From a bacterium (GTDB lineage: Bacteria; Patescibacteriota; Microgenomatia; UBA10105; UBA927): 64,000 nt of DNA. Position 1 is the stretch's first letter, and every line of letters begins with the position of its first letter. The DNA lies in contig JAKAFY010000004.1 in NCBI GenBank assembly GCA_021817785.1, positions 6,826 through 70,825 on the forward strand, in the 5' to 3' direction. The notes under the pieces were generated by a model. The model was not told the origin of the DNA. It was given only the letters and a program-made list of their open reading frames with translations, and made no database searches. Positions 19,276 to 28,589 of the stretch are shown here, one piece after another. Made by a program: the position numbers and the translations under genes.

Positions 19276-19593
19276 ATGCCTAAAATAATAGACATTGATC
19301 ATCTTCTGCAGGTATTTCATAAATTCGGAACAAGGGATGTTGTGCTTCCAGACCCCGACGTCCACCTAACCAATGGCCAAATCAAATCGCTCATCACTCA
19401 TGAGCTGGCAACCCCCAGGGCAAAAGGAAGTGGATTTATTTTTCAGAGTGGTCCGATGCAGGAACTAGAAATGAGGGTACAAGGAGCTAAAGATGAACAG
19501 ACATCGCTTTTAGATGATCCGCTCGCAGACATGAAGCGCGGCATCTGGCCAAGAGGAACAAAAAAGGTTCCAAAACATCCGAGATGTAAGTAG
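19276..19593 (+). CDS. Hypothetical protein
   Basis: Orphan ORF with a -10-like TACCAT/CATAAT box immediately upstream. Confidence 0.5.
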   Translation: MPKIIDIDHLLQVFHKFGTRDVVLPDPDVHLTNGQIKSLITHELATPRAKGSGFIFQSGPMQELEMRVQGAKDEQTSLLDDPLADMKRGIWPRGTKKVPKHPRCK

Positions 19594-19754
19594 GGGGCCC
19601 AAAAATAATGCGATTCACCATCGAAAGACGTATTGCCTATTTAGCGATGGCCCGGAATCGGAATATATCCAAAGACATCGCGAATATCTTCGTCAGGAAA
19701 TTGCACATCATCATGGCACACTACGGGAATTTCCGGACGGAATTGAAGAATAAA

Positions 19755-20189
19755 TTACAGTATCCGGTGCAGATTCGCCTCACTCGGCGGCGACGCTTTC
19801 AGTAGGGCGATTACCTCGGCAGCCAGTGCATCGGCAAACGTATCCAGATCCCGGTAATCTTTTGCCACAATCCGCGTCACTCCCCGCTTCCTGGCTTCTT
19901 CGTTATATTTGGGCACCGAAGATATGGCAATCACTTTTTGTGGCCCCAACCGCTCGATATCCAGTACGTGAAACGAGCCTCCCAGTTTACAATCGCGGTC
20001 CAGCAGTATCATGTCAAAAACAGCCGAGGGATTATTATTGATGTATGCTTCCACCTGCAGATAGTTGGTGAGGATCACCATGGAAAACTCATACGGTTGG
20101 TCTTCTTCCACCACTGCCAACTTCTCAAGAATTTTTGACAGCGTCCTTAAATCGTCTTCTAGGATAAGGATGGTTTTGTGGAGGATCAT
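19755..20189 (-). CDS. Standalone response-regulator receiver-like protein
   Basis: ILILEDD, FDMILLD, VIAISS and IVAK receiver-fold motifs. Confidence 0.7.
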   Translation of the reverse strand: MILHKTILILEDDLRTLSKILEKLAVVEEDQPYEFSMVILTNYLQVEAYINNNPSAVFDMILLDRDCKLGGSFHVLDIERLGPQKVIAISSVPKYNEEARKRGVTRIVAKDYRDLDTFADALAAEVIALLKASPPSEANLHRIL

Positions 20190-20198
20190 AGCCACCTA

Positions 20199-20217
20199 CC
20201 CACACACCGGGTGTGCG
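20199..20217. repeat. Palindromic REP-like element, class B, copy 2
   Basis: CCCACACACCGGGTGTGCG. Confidence 0.7.
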
Positions 20218-20227
20218 TAATGTTTAA

Positions 20228-22114
20228 TTAGACTTTGCCCATATCAATTCTACTTCTCACAAACTTCTCCGTTTCCTTGTCAACGAAATACACATAGCAG
20301 CCGCGGAGGGAGCGGCTGAGGAGTACACGGTAGGTGTTTTTCACCAGATCGAGGAATTTGTCTTTACTGCGACGGACCGTGGAGTCGCAGGAGTTTTCCG
20401 GGTGACCTTCCCACGCTCCGGTTTCAAAATTATAGATCATATCGGCACCGACAATCACGCCGACGTAATTAAATTCAAATCCCTGAATGGTGTAAATGCT
20501 GCCGATTTGATTTATGGCGCGTGGGTCGTATGGCCAAAGTGATGCCGGTGGCACATCAGGCGCTAACCGTCGGCCGTTGATCTCTTTCCCTTCCCACGTC
20601 ATTGCGAACTCGCCGATATGCACGTCTTTCACCAGTGTTCCGTCCGAATTCGGCTCGCTCCATGGCCAACAAAAACCGGCAACCATGCGTGCGGAATTAG
20701 GTTCGTCATCATTTTTCGCTTTAATCTTTTCATATAGCTCCTGCGGGGATTTTACGATCTGAAAATCAAATTCCTCACGCTTCGGATGCCATATTGCTTG
20801 CTCCGTGTCATGTATGCCAAACGTATTATTTACCCATTGGACAAATTTATCCGATCCCTGGCAACGGAATTGAATCGCCAAATTATATTCATGTACGTCG
20901 CACCCCAGACGCTGCGCATTCTCACGTATATAGTTTGTCGAACCGATCTCGCCAGGTCGTACATTTTGTCGATCGTCGATAAAAAATACCGGCACCTTTG
21001 CCACACCGATTAATTCTTCGATCTGCGGCACTTCCGAACGGTACTCTTTTTTCGTAAACCGGTTATTGCTGTTTACACGAATCCGGTGCGATTCATCGGC
21101 GATAAGTACATCAATAGAGTTCGGTTCGGCGCGCACATAACTATTGAAGTATTTCACCTGGGACCTCGCAACGGATCCTAATGATTTCCGAAGTGACTCG
21201 GTAAACGCTTTCGAGCCTGTGGCATATTGTGCATTTTTACCTTGCCGCGATAATTCTGCCAAGAGATTAATTGCTATCACTGACTTACCGGTGCCCGGGC
21301 CGCCATTGACGATGACCACAGATTTTCTTTTGCTTGTCCCCCCGTACTTTACGAGGTTCATCACCCGATCAAACGCAGATAATTGATCATCCAACAGGAT
21401 GTACCGTTTATTTTCTTTTACCACCTTCACGACTTCATCAAGCAAGCGTTTACTGGGCCCATACTTACTCTCTAATACGCGCTCCATGACAGGAACGCCG
21501 TTTCCGTTTATGAGTTTCTGTTTCAAAAAATCACTGAGTTTTGTTACATCCCGCTCACAAAATACCGGGTACTCTTTTACATAATCTGCGTATTGCTCCG
21601 CAAACAACGCATCATGCTCGACCGGAACGTAATTGTGCACATAGGCGCACGCATGCAAACGTACCGGATCCGATTCAAAAAAAGCGGAGTGATTATCTTC
21701 TAAATATAATTTATATTGCCCCACCTGCACCGAAGGATGCAGTACATCCCGGTTCGCACCCCCCACCCATGTCACCACACGCTCGCTCACCTCACTGACT
21801 TCTGCTTTTTCCCATTGTTTAAGCTCTATGATGACAGAATGATCTTTCCCGTTTTCATCTCGACCGCAGATCATGCAGTCAATACGTCTAGAATTAAGGG
21901 GAAGCTGGTATTCCAAAATAACTCCATGATCGTGGAATTCGGAAACTTCAAAAACATCTTTTATCGCCCGGAGCGATGTTCGCCATGACCGGACTTCTGC
22001 GTCAGAAGGGTGGTAGCCAAAATAGTCAATAAACGCCGTCTCCAGCTTTGTTGCTATCGTATTCTGCAACGTGTCTAAGACGAACTCACTTATTGAGCCG
22101 GCGTATAATCTCAT
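20228..22114 (-). CDS. DUF2075 / Schlafen group-3-like helicase with N-terminal nuclease-like domain
   Basis: N-terminal RRID..IIELKQW; Walker A GGPGTGKS; ADESHR; RMVAGFCWPW; IYTIQGFEFNYVGVI; YRVLLSR. Confidence 0.88.
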   Translation of the reverse strand: MRLYAGSISEFVLDTLQNTIATKLETAFIDYFGYHPSDAEVRSWRTSLRAIKDVFEVSEFHDHGVILEYQLPLNSRRIDCMICGRDENGKDHSVIIELKQWEKAEVSEVSERVVTWVGGANRDVLHPSVQVGQYKLYLEDNHSAFFESDPVRLHACAYVHNYVPVEHDALFAEQYADYVKEYPVFCERDVTKLSDFLKQKLINGNGVPVMERVLESKYGPSKRLLDEVVKVVKENKRYILLDDQLSAFDRVMNLVKYGGTSKRKSVVIVNGGPGTGKSVIAINLLAELSRQGKNAQYATGSKAFTESLRKSLGSVARSQVKYFNSYVRAEPNSIDVLIADESHRIRVNSNNRFTKKEYRSEVPQIEELIGVAKVPVFFIDDRQNVRPGEIGSTNYIRENAQRLGCDVHEYNLAIQFRCQGSDKFVQWVNNTFGIHDTEQAIWHPKREEFDFQIVKSPQELYEKIKAKNDDEPNSARMVAGFCWPWSEPNSDGTLVKDVHIGEFAMTWEGKEINGRRLAPDVPPASLWPYDPRAINQIGSIYTIQGFEFNYVGVIVGADMIYNFETGAWEGHPENSCDSTVRRSKDKFLDLVKNTYRVLLSRSLRGCYVYFVDKETEKFVRSRIDMGKV

Positions 22115-22116
22115 GG

Positions 22117-22464
22117 TTATAATTCCGTATACTTTTTATGATTTCCTTTTGCTTTATTCACTGGGTATTTTTTACTACTTACTGCCATTTTATTTTTAAA
22201 CGCCTGTACAATATCTATATCTAAATCGTGACTCATGAGTAATACCCAGTACAATACATCAGAAAGTTCCTCGCCTAATTCTATTTTATGTGTTTTAAGA
22301 TACACCTGTATTTCTTTTTCGTTTTTCCATTGAAAATGCTCCATTACCTCTGTGGCTTCTAATACGAGGGATAGCGAGGTATCTTTGGGATTATGAAATT
22401 TTTTCCAATCCCGTGCATTGCGGAATTTAATGATGAGATTCGTTAATTCTTGTATGTCTGACAT
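22117..22464 (-). CDS. MazG-like nucleotide pyrophosphohydrolase (dCTP pyrophosphatase type)
   Basis: FRNARDWKKFHNPKD, EATEVMEHFQW, EELSDV and KKYP..KAKG motifs. Confidence 0.9.
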   Translation of the reverse strand: MSDIQELTNLIIKFRNARDWKKFHNPKDTSLSLVLEATEVMEHFQWKNEKEIQVYLKTHKIELGEELSDVLYWVLLMSHDLDIDIVQAFKNKMAVSSKKYPVNKAKGNHKKYTEL

Positions 22465-22511
22465 AAAGTACCGGTTTATAGTACTGCTTTTGGCGCTTAT
22501 TCGCAATCTGT

Positions 22512-23198
22512 TTATAACAAATTTTTCTGTTTCAAACTTATATATCCTTCCGAAGAAATAATAATGTGGTCAATGACATGCACACCCGTCAATTCCCCGA
22601 CGGAAACCAATCTCTGAGTGAGATTCAAATCTTCATCTGAGGGTGTTAAGTCCCCAGATGGATGATTATGTGCTAATACAATACGAGCAGCTAATTGTTT
22701 TATCGCAGGTTCAAACACCTCTCTAGGATGCACGAGCGAAGAATTGAGAATTCCGACAGAAATATCACGTATGTCAATCAAATTATTTTGTGCATCGAGA
22801 AGCAATATTACAAAGTGCTCTTTTTTCTCACGACCCAACCGTTTCTGTAAATAGTCAGCTACCTTATTGGGGGATGTTAACGATATCTTCGTTGGCAGCG
22901 TTTCTTTGGCATACCGCTCAGCGATTGCCTGAAATAGTTTTATGCCAAACGCATTTGACGGGCCGATACCCTGTATCATTTGTACGTCTTCGTCAGATGC
23001 GTCCAGCACCCCGCGCAATCCGTTAAAGTGTTTTATCGCTTCTTTCGCAATCGCCTTACAGTCTTTGCGTGGAGTTCCCAATGTGAGGAGGAGTTCTACG
23101 ATTTCATAATCCAAAAATCCATCAAGTCCCGACCGGAGAAACCGCTCTCGCAATCGCTTCCGGTGTCCGGCGTGCGGGTATGTACCTCTTTGCTTCAC
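22512..23198 (-). CDS. radC: RadC (JAB-domain) protein
   Basis: GHRKRLR, YEIVELLL, HPREVF, AHNHPSG and DHIII motifs. Confidence 0.93.
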   Translation of the reverse strand: MKQRGTYPHAGHRKRLRERFLRSGLDGFLDYEIVELLLTLGTPRKDCKAIAKEAIKHFNGLRGVLDASDEDVQMIQGIGPSNAFGIKLFQAIAERYAKETLPTKISLTSPNKVADYLQKRLGREKKEHFVILLLDAQNNLIDIRDISVGILNSSLVHPREVFEPAIKQLAARIVLAHNHPSGDLTPSDEDLNLTQRLVSVGELTGVHVIDHIIISSEGYISLKQKNLL

Positions 23199-23289
23199 AT
23201 AAATAATGGTACACCAGAACCCTTCGTTATCGCCATTTGATCTATATGTAATGGTTCTATGAACAATTTGACATCAAACGGAGCGTATT

Positions 23290-23535
23290 CTATTTCGGAC
23301 CATTTTTTTGTGCCGCAACTCGCCAACTAAATATACCTTTTCCCCCACCCCTCCTCGACCTCGCATATCCTCTGTTGAGATGTTTCCCTTGAGGGCCATC
23401 GTGTAATTCTCGAAGTAAATCAAGCTCCCGATCACTTAGCGTAGATGGATCGATTTGCAGCTTATGCGCCAAATCATTTCTAGCTGCTATCGCCCAGATT
23501 GCTGCTAATTTTTCTTCTGAAATGTTATCAAACAT
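23290..23535 (-). CDS. Hypothetical protein
   Basis: Short orphan ORF with an AGGTG RBS-like sequence. Confidence 0.45.
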   Translation of the reverse strand: MFDNISEEKLAAIWAIAARNDLAHKLQIDPSTLSDRELDLLRELHDGPQGKHLNRGYARSRRGGGKGIFSWRVAAQKNGPK

Positions 23536-23595
23536 ACAGACACCTATGATCTTACTATACGCTCATCATTCAAATACATGATTCGCCAAAACATC

Positions 23596-23889
23596 TTAAC
23601 CACAAGTTTTCTCAGGATGCTCGAAATGAAAATATGTAAGATGATCGAGAATTTCCTGAGCGGTCCAATCCCATACGGAGTTTGTACGTATCATCTCGCG
23701 GTACTCATCTCTATGATTCCTCGCGACACCAAGATAATACGCAAATTTTGGGTGTTCCGGCCCGTCTTTCAATGCATCCAGCATGTTCGAAAAAAAGAAC
23801 GATTCGATCCCAAAATCCGACATTTCCCGATACTCACGTATTTCCGCTCTCATGATATATATTATAGGATATTTTATGCCTTCCATCAA
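23596..23889 (-). CDS. Hypothetical protein
   Basis: Short orphan ORF; start uncertain. Confidence 0.4.
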   Translation of the reverse strand: MMEGIKYPIIYIMRAEIREYREMSDFGIESFFFSNMLDALKDGPEHPKFAYYLGVARNHRDEYREMIRTNSVWDWTAQEILDHLTYFHFEHPEKTCG

Positions 23890-23942
23890 TCCCGCATCCT
23901 ATGGTGCAGGCTCCGCACGCGTATATCGTATACATACATCCA

Positions 23943-24020
23943 TACACCTCCGAGGTGTAAAGTTGCCTAAACTTTTTCATTCAAAATTAGCCTCATTTTT
24001 TCCTTACACCTCCGAGGTGT
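23943..24020. repeat. REP doublet (class A) downstream of the Y1 transposase
   Basis: TACACCTCCGAGGTGT at 23943 and 24005; the linker contains TTAGCCTCATTTTTTCC. Confidence 0.85.
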
Positions 24021-24027
24021 TAGAAAT

Positions 24028-24714
24028 CTACGATAGTTCGTCAGAAAACGCATCTATCGCGACATGAGAAATCGTATGAAGTTCGCGTGCATACAACTCC
24101 TGATCACGCACAAACTCCGCATATTTTTCCTGCGAGCCTGCCAACGAACATATCAGTGCCGTATCCACCATACTAATTGATCGTCCCATATAGCATGAAT
24201 ACGACGTGTAAAGTGATGTGGCGAGAGTCGACAGTGTTTCTATCCCGGAAACAACCGGATTCAGGTGAATATACCGTGACACGTGCAGCAACTGCTCATC
24301 GGATTCTATTCGCACTGCCTGAAAGTTCCCCTGAAACACCGGGCCGACGCGTTTTCGTTTCGTATTAAAATACCGCGCATAGCTATTCATTGCCCGAAAT
24401 AAAAATGTGTGTATCCCCTCGTCCTGCTCCTGTCGTACGAGGAGATGAAAATGATTCGGCATCAATGCATATGCGTATAGAGATACGTGTTTTCCCGACT
24501 CATTCTGTGCCTCCCTGATAATGCGTTGTTTATCTAAAGGGGCGATGGAGTAAAGAGAAAGCTTAGTAGGACAATTGGTGAATCGGTAAAAATCTAATCC
24601 GAGTAAAAAATGTCTATAATCCGATACATTCCGGAACACGGAGCTTCTATCCACACCGCGGTTATAGATGTGATAGTACTCACCCGTCACCAATGGAACG
24701 TGCCGCATCGGCAT
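24028..24714 (-). mobile_element. REP-associated tyrosine transposase (RAYT, HUH Y1)
   Basis: YYHIYNRG, AYALMPNHFHLL, YFNTKRKRVGPVFQGNF and SRYIHLNPV motifs; flanked by REP palindromes on both sides. Confidence 0.9.
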
Positions 24715-24759
24715 ACATGTACCATACCCGATTGGCAACAATACTTCAGTTATATTTCA

Positions 24760-24836
24760 TACACCTCCGAGGTGTTAAATTTTCATCACAAACTCTTCAA
24801 ATTTAGCCTCATTTTTTCCATACACCTCCGAGGTGT
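24760..24836. repeat. REP doublet (class A) upstream of the Y1 transposase
   Basis: TACACCTCCGAGGTGT at 24760 and 24821 with the same TTAGCCTCATTTTTTCC linker. Confidence 0.85.
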
Positions 24837-24894
24837 TAGAAAATTCTTTATTCGCGGGCAGGGGCGTACGATTTGTACTATACTACCCGGAAGA

Positions 24895-25764
24895 ATGAAA
24901 TTATTTTCCAAGATGAGCAAAGGCCTCCTGTTTGGTCTGGCCACGGCCATATTATGGGCGTGTTCATTAGTAAACACGCGATTTCTTCTGTTGCACGGCG
25001 AACAACCGCTCAACCTGACAATCTGGATCGGATTGGGTATGGCGGCCCCCTGGCTTTTTCTGTTTTACAGACATCACCGGGAATACCGCGCGCTTCCCAA
25101 AAAATATAAATGGTATTTGTTGGGCATCGGCATAGCGTCTTCCGTAGGACTCAATTTACTGCAGTCGGTGACGCTTGCCCATACGCCTGCCGTCAATTTT
25201 TCGTTCCTCTACCGCACCATTGTGGTGTTTACCATCATCCTTGCGTATATCTTTTTCAAAGAAGCCATCACGGTGAAAAAATGGATACTCGCCGGACTTA
25301 TCCTGTTCGGTTCATATTTGTTCACGACCAGCGGGAAAGGCATTACCCTTTCTACCGGAGATGTTTATACACTGGTGTATGCGCTCTCCGCCGCGTTTAT
25401 CGCTAATATTCTTATCAAACACACGGTTGCCAAAATGCATCCGGATTTAAGCGGCGCTGCCATTTCTATCGTGGCCACCACGTCCCTTTGTGTCTATGGC
25501 ATAGCAAGCGGCACCCTGCACGTCTCCGGACACATGCCGTTTATTCTCCTGGGGGCGGCATTTTCGTTTCTTATGACGATGGCCAGAAACCGCGCATATA
25601 AAGTCGCCTCCGCTTCATTTGTCACCATGATCGTGTCGCTTACTCCCGTTTTTGTCGGCATTCTCTCCTATCCGCTCCTCCACGAACGCCTCACTCCGGT
25701 CGAGCTTCTCGGCGGCACGATTATCGTGGGATCCATGTTCTTCGTCGAAAAATTTCACATCTGA
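24895..25764 (+). CDS. EamA/DMT-family transporter
   Basis: About 10 TM segments in two EamA halves; clear paralog of 52255-53112. Confidence 0.85.
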   Translation: MKLFSKMSKGLLFGLATAILWACSLVNTRFLLLHGEQPLNLTIWIGLGMAAPWLFLFYRHHREYRALPKKYKWYLLGIGIASSVGLNLLQSVTLAHTPAVNFSFLYRTIVVFTIILAYIFFKEAITVKKWILAGLILFGSYLFTTSGKGITLSTGDVYTLVYALSAAFIANILIKHTVAKMHPDLSGAAISIVATTSLCVYGIASGTLHVSGHMPFILLGAAFSFLMTMARNRAYKVASASFVTMIVSLTPVFVGILSYPLLHERLTPVELLGGTIIVGSMFFVEKFHI

Positions 25765-25779
25765 CCAGATACTATCCCG

Positions 25780-26448
25780 CTATTTATATCCTTTTATCGC
25801 GTCCCCTATATTCGCCGCCCAGGCCAAAAACGTGTTGTTTGGTATGGTCTTCTTTGAACTCGGGCGCAGCGACAAAAATTTCTGCGGTCCAAGCACGAGG
25901 TAAATCACATTGATCGCCCCATCTTCCTGGTAGACCACCAGATTATCCATCGGAATTTTGGCATCTTTTTCCACTCTGCGTCCCATCGCTTCGTTTCCCT
26001 TCTGCTGGTTTGCGATAGCAAGATATTCCAAATTTACCATGACATATTCTTTATCCGTCAGATAGTACGTACAGGTATGCTGGCCCGCGACCGTCGGAGG
26101 CTCGGTTTTGACGATGGTCCCACCAAGTGTATTGGCCATGAAATCCCGGGTAAACTGCCCGCAGATATCTTCGACGATGTAGTAGCTTTTGTCCTGCCGT
26201 GACGGTTCACCCGGGTACTGCACAAAGCAATTTTTTAGTCGTTTTCCCGGATCGCCGTAGTTTGGTAGTGGCACGTTTTCCGGCGTACATACCCCATTGG
26301 GTTTTGTCTGTTCCGTGTGCTGCACGGACGGCGTCGGCATCCCCTGCGGCCGATACTTGGTTGGCACCCGGGTAAGTTCCATGACGGCCAGCACTCCCCC
26401 GACTGCCGTCAGCAGTATTACGATGACGACAAGGATTGGTTTATACAT
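25780..26448 (-). CDS. Membrane-anchored hypothetical protein
   Basis: GGAGGTGA RBS; N-terminal TM segment; four Cys. Confidence 0.7.
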   Translation of the reverse strand: MYKPILVVIVILLTAVGGVLAVMELTRVPTKYRPQGMPTPSVQHTEQTKPNGVCTPENVPLPNYGDPGKRLKNCFVQYPGEPSRQDKSYYIVEDICGQFTRDFMANTLGGTIVKTEPPTVAGQHTCTYYLTDKEYVMVNLEYLAIANQQKGNEAMGRRVEKDAKIPMDNLVVYQEDGAINVIYLVLGPQKFLSLRPSSKKTIPNNTFLAWAANIGDAIKGYK

Positions 26449-26547
26449 ACGATATCACCTCCCCTCCCGCGTAGAGCGCTGTCACCGCTATACTGATGCA
26501 CGGGCATTATTTTGTCGATGAGATATATTACAAAAGCGGAAAGTGCA

Positions 26548-26886
26548 TTACTGTCCCAGGGGAAAGTGTTTGGCCTGCCAGCCGAGGAGTCCGCCTTCCA
26601 TATTTACGACCTGTGTATATCCCATCCGCATCATGTAGGATGCCGCCCGATAGCTTCTTGCACCGCTTCGGCAAAATACGTATATACAGGCAGACCGGTC
26701 CGGAATCTTCTCCGTGACACGCGTTGCTATATCGTCCACGGGTAGGTTTATGCTCCCGGCAATCGTGCCCTGGGCGTATTCCCCGGGTGTCCGCACATCC
26801 AAAAGTACACACGGCTCATGCGCATCCATGGCTTTTTTTACCGCATCCGGCGACGCGGAAACGACGACACTGTGGTGTAAATCCAT
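26548..26886 (-). CDS. Rhodanese-like domain protein
   Basis: LLDVRTPGEY..G.IAGS, CRSGARS and NMEGGLLGW motifs. Confidence 0.92.
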   Translation of the reverse strand: MDLHHSVVVSASPDAVKKAMDAHEPCVLLDVRTPGEYAQGTIAGSINLPVDDIATRVTEKIPDRSACIYVFCRSGARSYRAASYMMRMGYTQVVNMEGGLLGWQAKHFPLGQ

Positions 26887-26955
26887 ACAAAGAGTATAAC
26901 GTCTGCATAGACGTGGGGAAACCCCGGGAAACAGTGTGCTATAGTAGACATATAC

Positions 26956-27615
26956 ATGAAAGTTTCCAAACGTACACACACCCACCCTCCGAATCATCCG
27001 TATCACTATCCGTTTTTATTTGTCCTTATCATCATCCTTGGCTTGTCTGCCCTTGCGCTCATACAACGGTACACGGAAAAACGCGAGCATGATACACGCC
27101 CTGCCCAAAAGGATTTCTCCATAGCAGGAGATCGGTTTGTATTTACCAAAATCGGCCTTTCCTTTGTGCTTCCCGATCCGGCCAAACCTCCCGCCGTCGG
27201 CGGCGCAGACGACAGAAATGCACTTATCCCGTTGCCCGACGATTTTCCGCCTACGAGCAAATTTACGGTGGAAACAGCAGTAAATTCCGACAATCTCCCG
27301 CTGGAAAAACTGGACGAACTGCCATACGGATATGAACATCTCACCCCCGAACGCTTCACCGAAGAAAATGAAACGGTCATAGAAAAACGCGCGGAGCAAA
27401 CCGGCCAGCACCCCATGCTTACCCTCAAAACGACGACATCGGACACGACCAAATATTATGCCTTTCTTCCGCGTCCCGCAGGATCTGCCGAGCCCCTCGT
27501 CTATGTCTTTATCCTCTCGGTGCCGAGTAGTTCAGTCAGCACTCTTTCCCCCAGGATTACCTCTATCATGTCGACGCTCCTTGGGTCCGTACAGTTTTTT
27601 CCCGCTGCGCCGTGA
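26956..27615 (+). CDS. Membrane-anchored hypothetical protein (PsbP-like fold possible)
   Basis: N-terminal TM segment; GLSFVLP motif and a C-terminal LLGSVQF ending. Confidence 0.6.
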   Translation: MKVSKRTHTHPPNHPYHYPFLFVLIIILGLSALALIQRYTEKREHDTRPAQKDFSIAGDRFVFTKIGLSFVLPDPAKPPAVGGADDRNALIPLPDDFPPTSKFTVETAVNSDNLPLEKLDELPYGYEHLTPERFTEENETVIEKRAEQTGQHPMLTLKTTTSDTTKYYAFLPRPAGSAEPLVYVFILSVPSSSVSTLSPRITSIMSTLLGSVQFFPAAP

Positions 27616-27697
27616 CGCTCGTATCTGTCACGCCAACGTGCCACACCGTTGCATCTTCGCCGGCCGCGCGGTATAGTGTCAGAAAGCATGGATGTGT

Positions 27698-28297
27698 ATG
27701 AAACATAAAACGCTTCTTCGCTCACTTGGCATCATTCTGGTTTTTCTTGCCGTTATCGGCGGCGCATATTGGTTTGGATCATCCCGTCGCACAAACGTAC
27801 CGGCCCCGGCGGCTGCCACCCCCACGCCTGCGGCAACCCCCGATATGTCAGGCAGTACTCCGGACCTTTCTCCCACCGATACGATAGCGCCTTCGCCTAC
27901 GACAAAACTTCTTCCCACCTGGACACCCGCGCCGTCTCCCACGTCTACCCCGGCGCCGTCTGCGACTCCTACGACTGCTCCGGGCGTGGTGAATATAGAA
28001 ACAAGCGTCTCACCATCCGGTACGGTCCACAGTTGTTCGGCCACCACATTTAATTTTTCTGCAAAAATCTATACCAATGCCGCAACGACGATTACATATA
28101 CCTGGGTGAGAAGCGACGGCGCCACCGGGTCCTCCCAGACGCTGACGTTCAGCGGCGCAGGTATGCAGACGGTCACGACGAGCTGGACATTGACGAGAAC
28201 CAGCGGTACGCAGTTTACCGGATGGGAACGAATTCACGTCACCGCTCCCAACGATGCGCTTAGCAATACGGGAGACTTCACCCTCGCGTGTCCGTAA
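27698..28297 (+). CDS. Membrane-anchored protein with Pro/Thr linker and Ig-like domain
   Basis: TM segment, TPTP-rich linker, beta-rich TYTWVRSDG domain bounded by two Cys. Confidence 0.7.
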   Translation: MKHKTLLRSLGIILVFLAVIGGAYWFGSSRRTNVPAPAAATPTPAATPDMSGSTPDLSPTDTIAPSPTTKLLPTWTPAPSPTSTPAPSATPTTAPGVVNIETSVSPSGTVHSCSATTFNFSAKIYTNAATTITYTWVRSDGATGSSQTLTFSGAGMQTVTTSWTLTRTSGTQFTGWERIHVTAPNDALSNTGDFTLACP

Positions 28298-28339
28298 TAT
28301 TTTTTTCGGTTTGCCGCCGTGTGATATACTCCTAGCTGC

Positions 28340-28588
28340 GTGAAAGATATCATCACCGTCGAAGAAGCTGCCCGGTTTCTCCACAAGCATCCGGATACGA
28401 TCCGTCGATGGATCGAACGCAATGTATTGAAAGCCCGTCATCTTTCGGCCGGCGGCCACGGCATTTACGCCATTTTACGAAGCGATCTGTTGGAACTTGC
28501 CATATCGGAATCGATCGAAGAAAAAGAAAAAATCAAAACGATGCCGCATCCCAAAGTGTCCGCTACCCAACGCACGCTTCCCCTGTAG
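28340..28588 (+). CDS. Excisionase-like helix-turn-helix protein
   Basis: ITVEEAARFLHKHPDTIRRWI..LKA motif. Confidence 0.8.
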   Translation: MKDIITVEEAARFLHKHPDTIRRWIERNVLKARHLSAGGHGIYAILRSDLLELAISESIEEKEKIKTMPHPKVSATQRTLPL

Positions 28589-28589
28589 A

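Noticed and set aside
19608-19805. 65-aa plus-strand ORF
   Set aside because: Overlaps the end of the receiver-like gene, has no recognisable motif or RBS, and cannot be supported.
23943-24836. Repeated TACACCTCCGAGGTGT as a CRISPR array
   Set aside because: The repeat is only 16 bp, there are two copies per side, the linkers resemble each other, no cas genes are present, and the repeats flank a RAYT.
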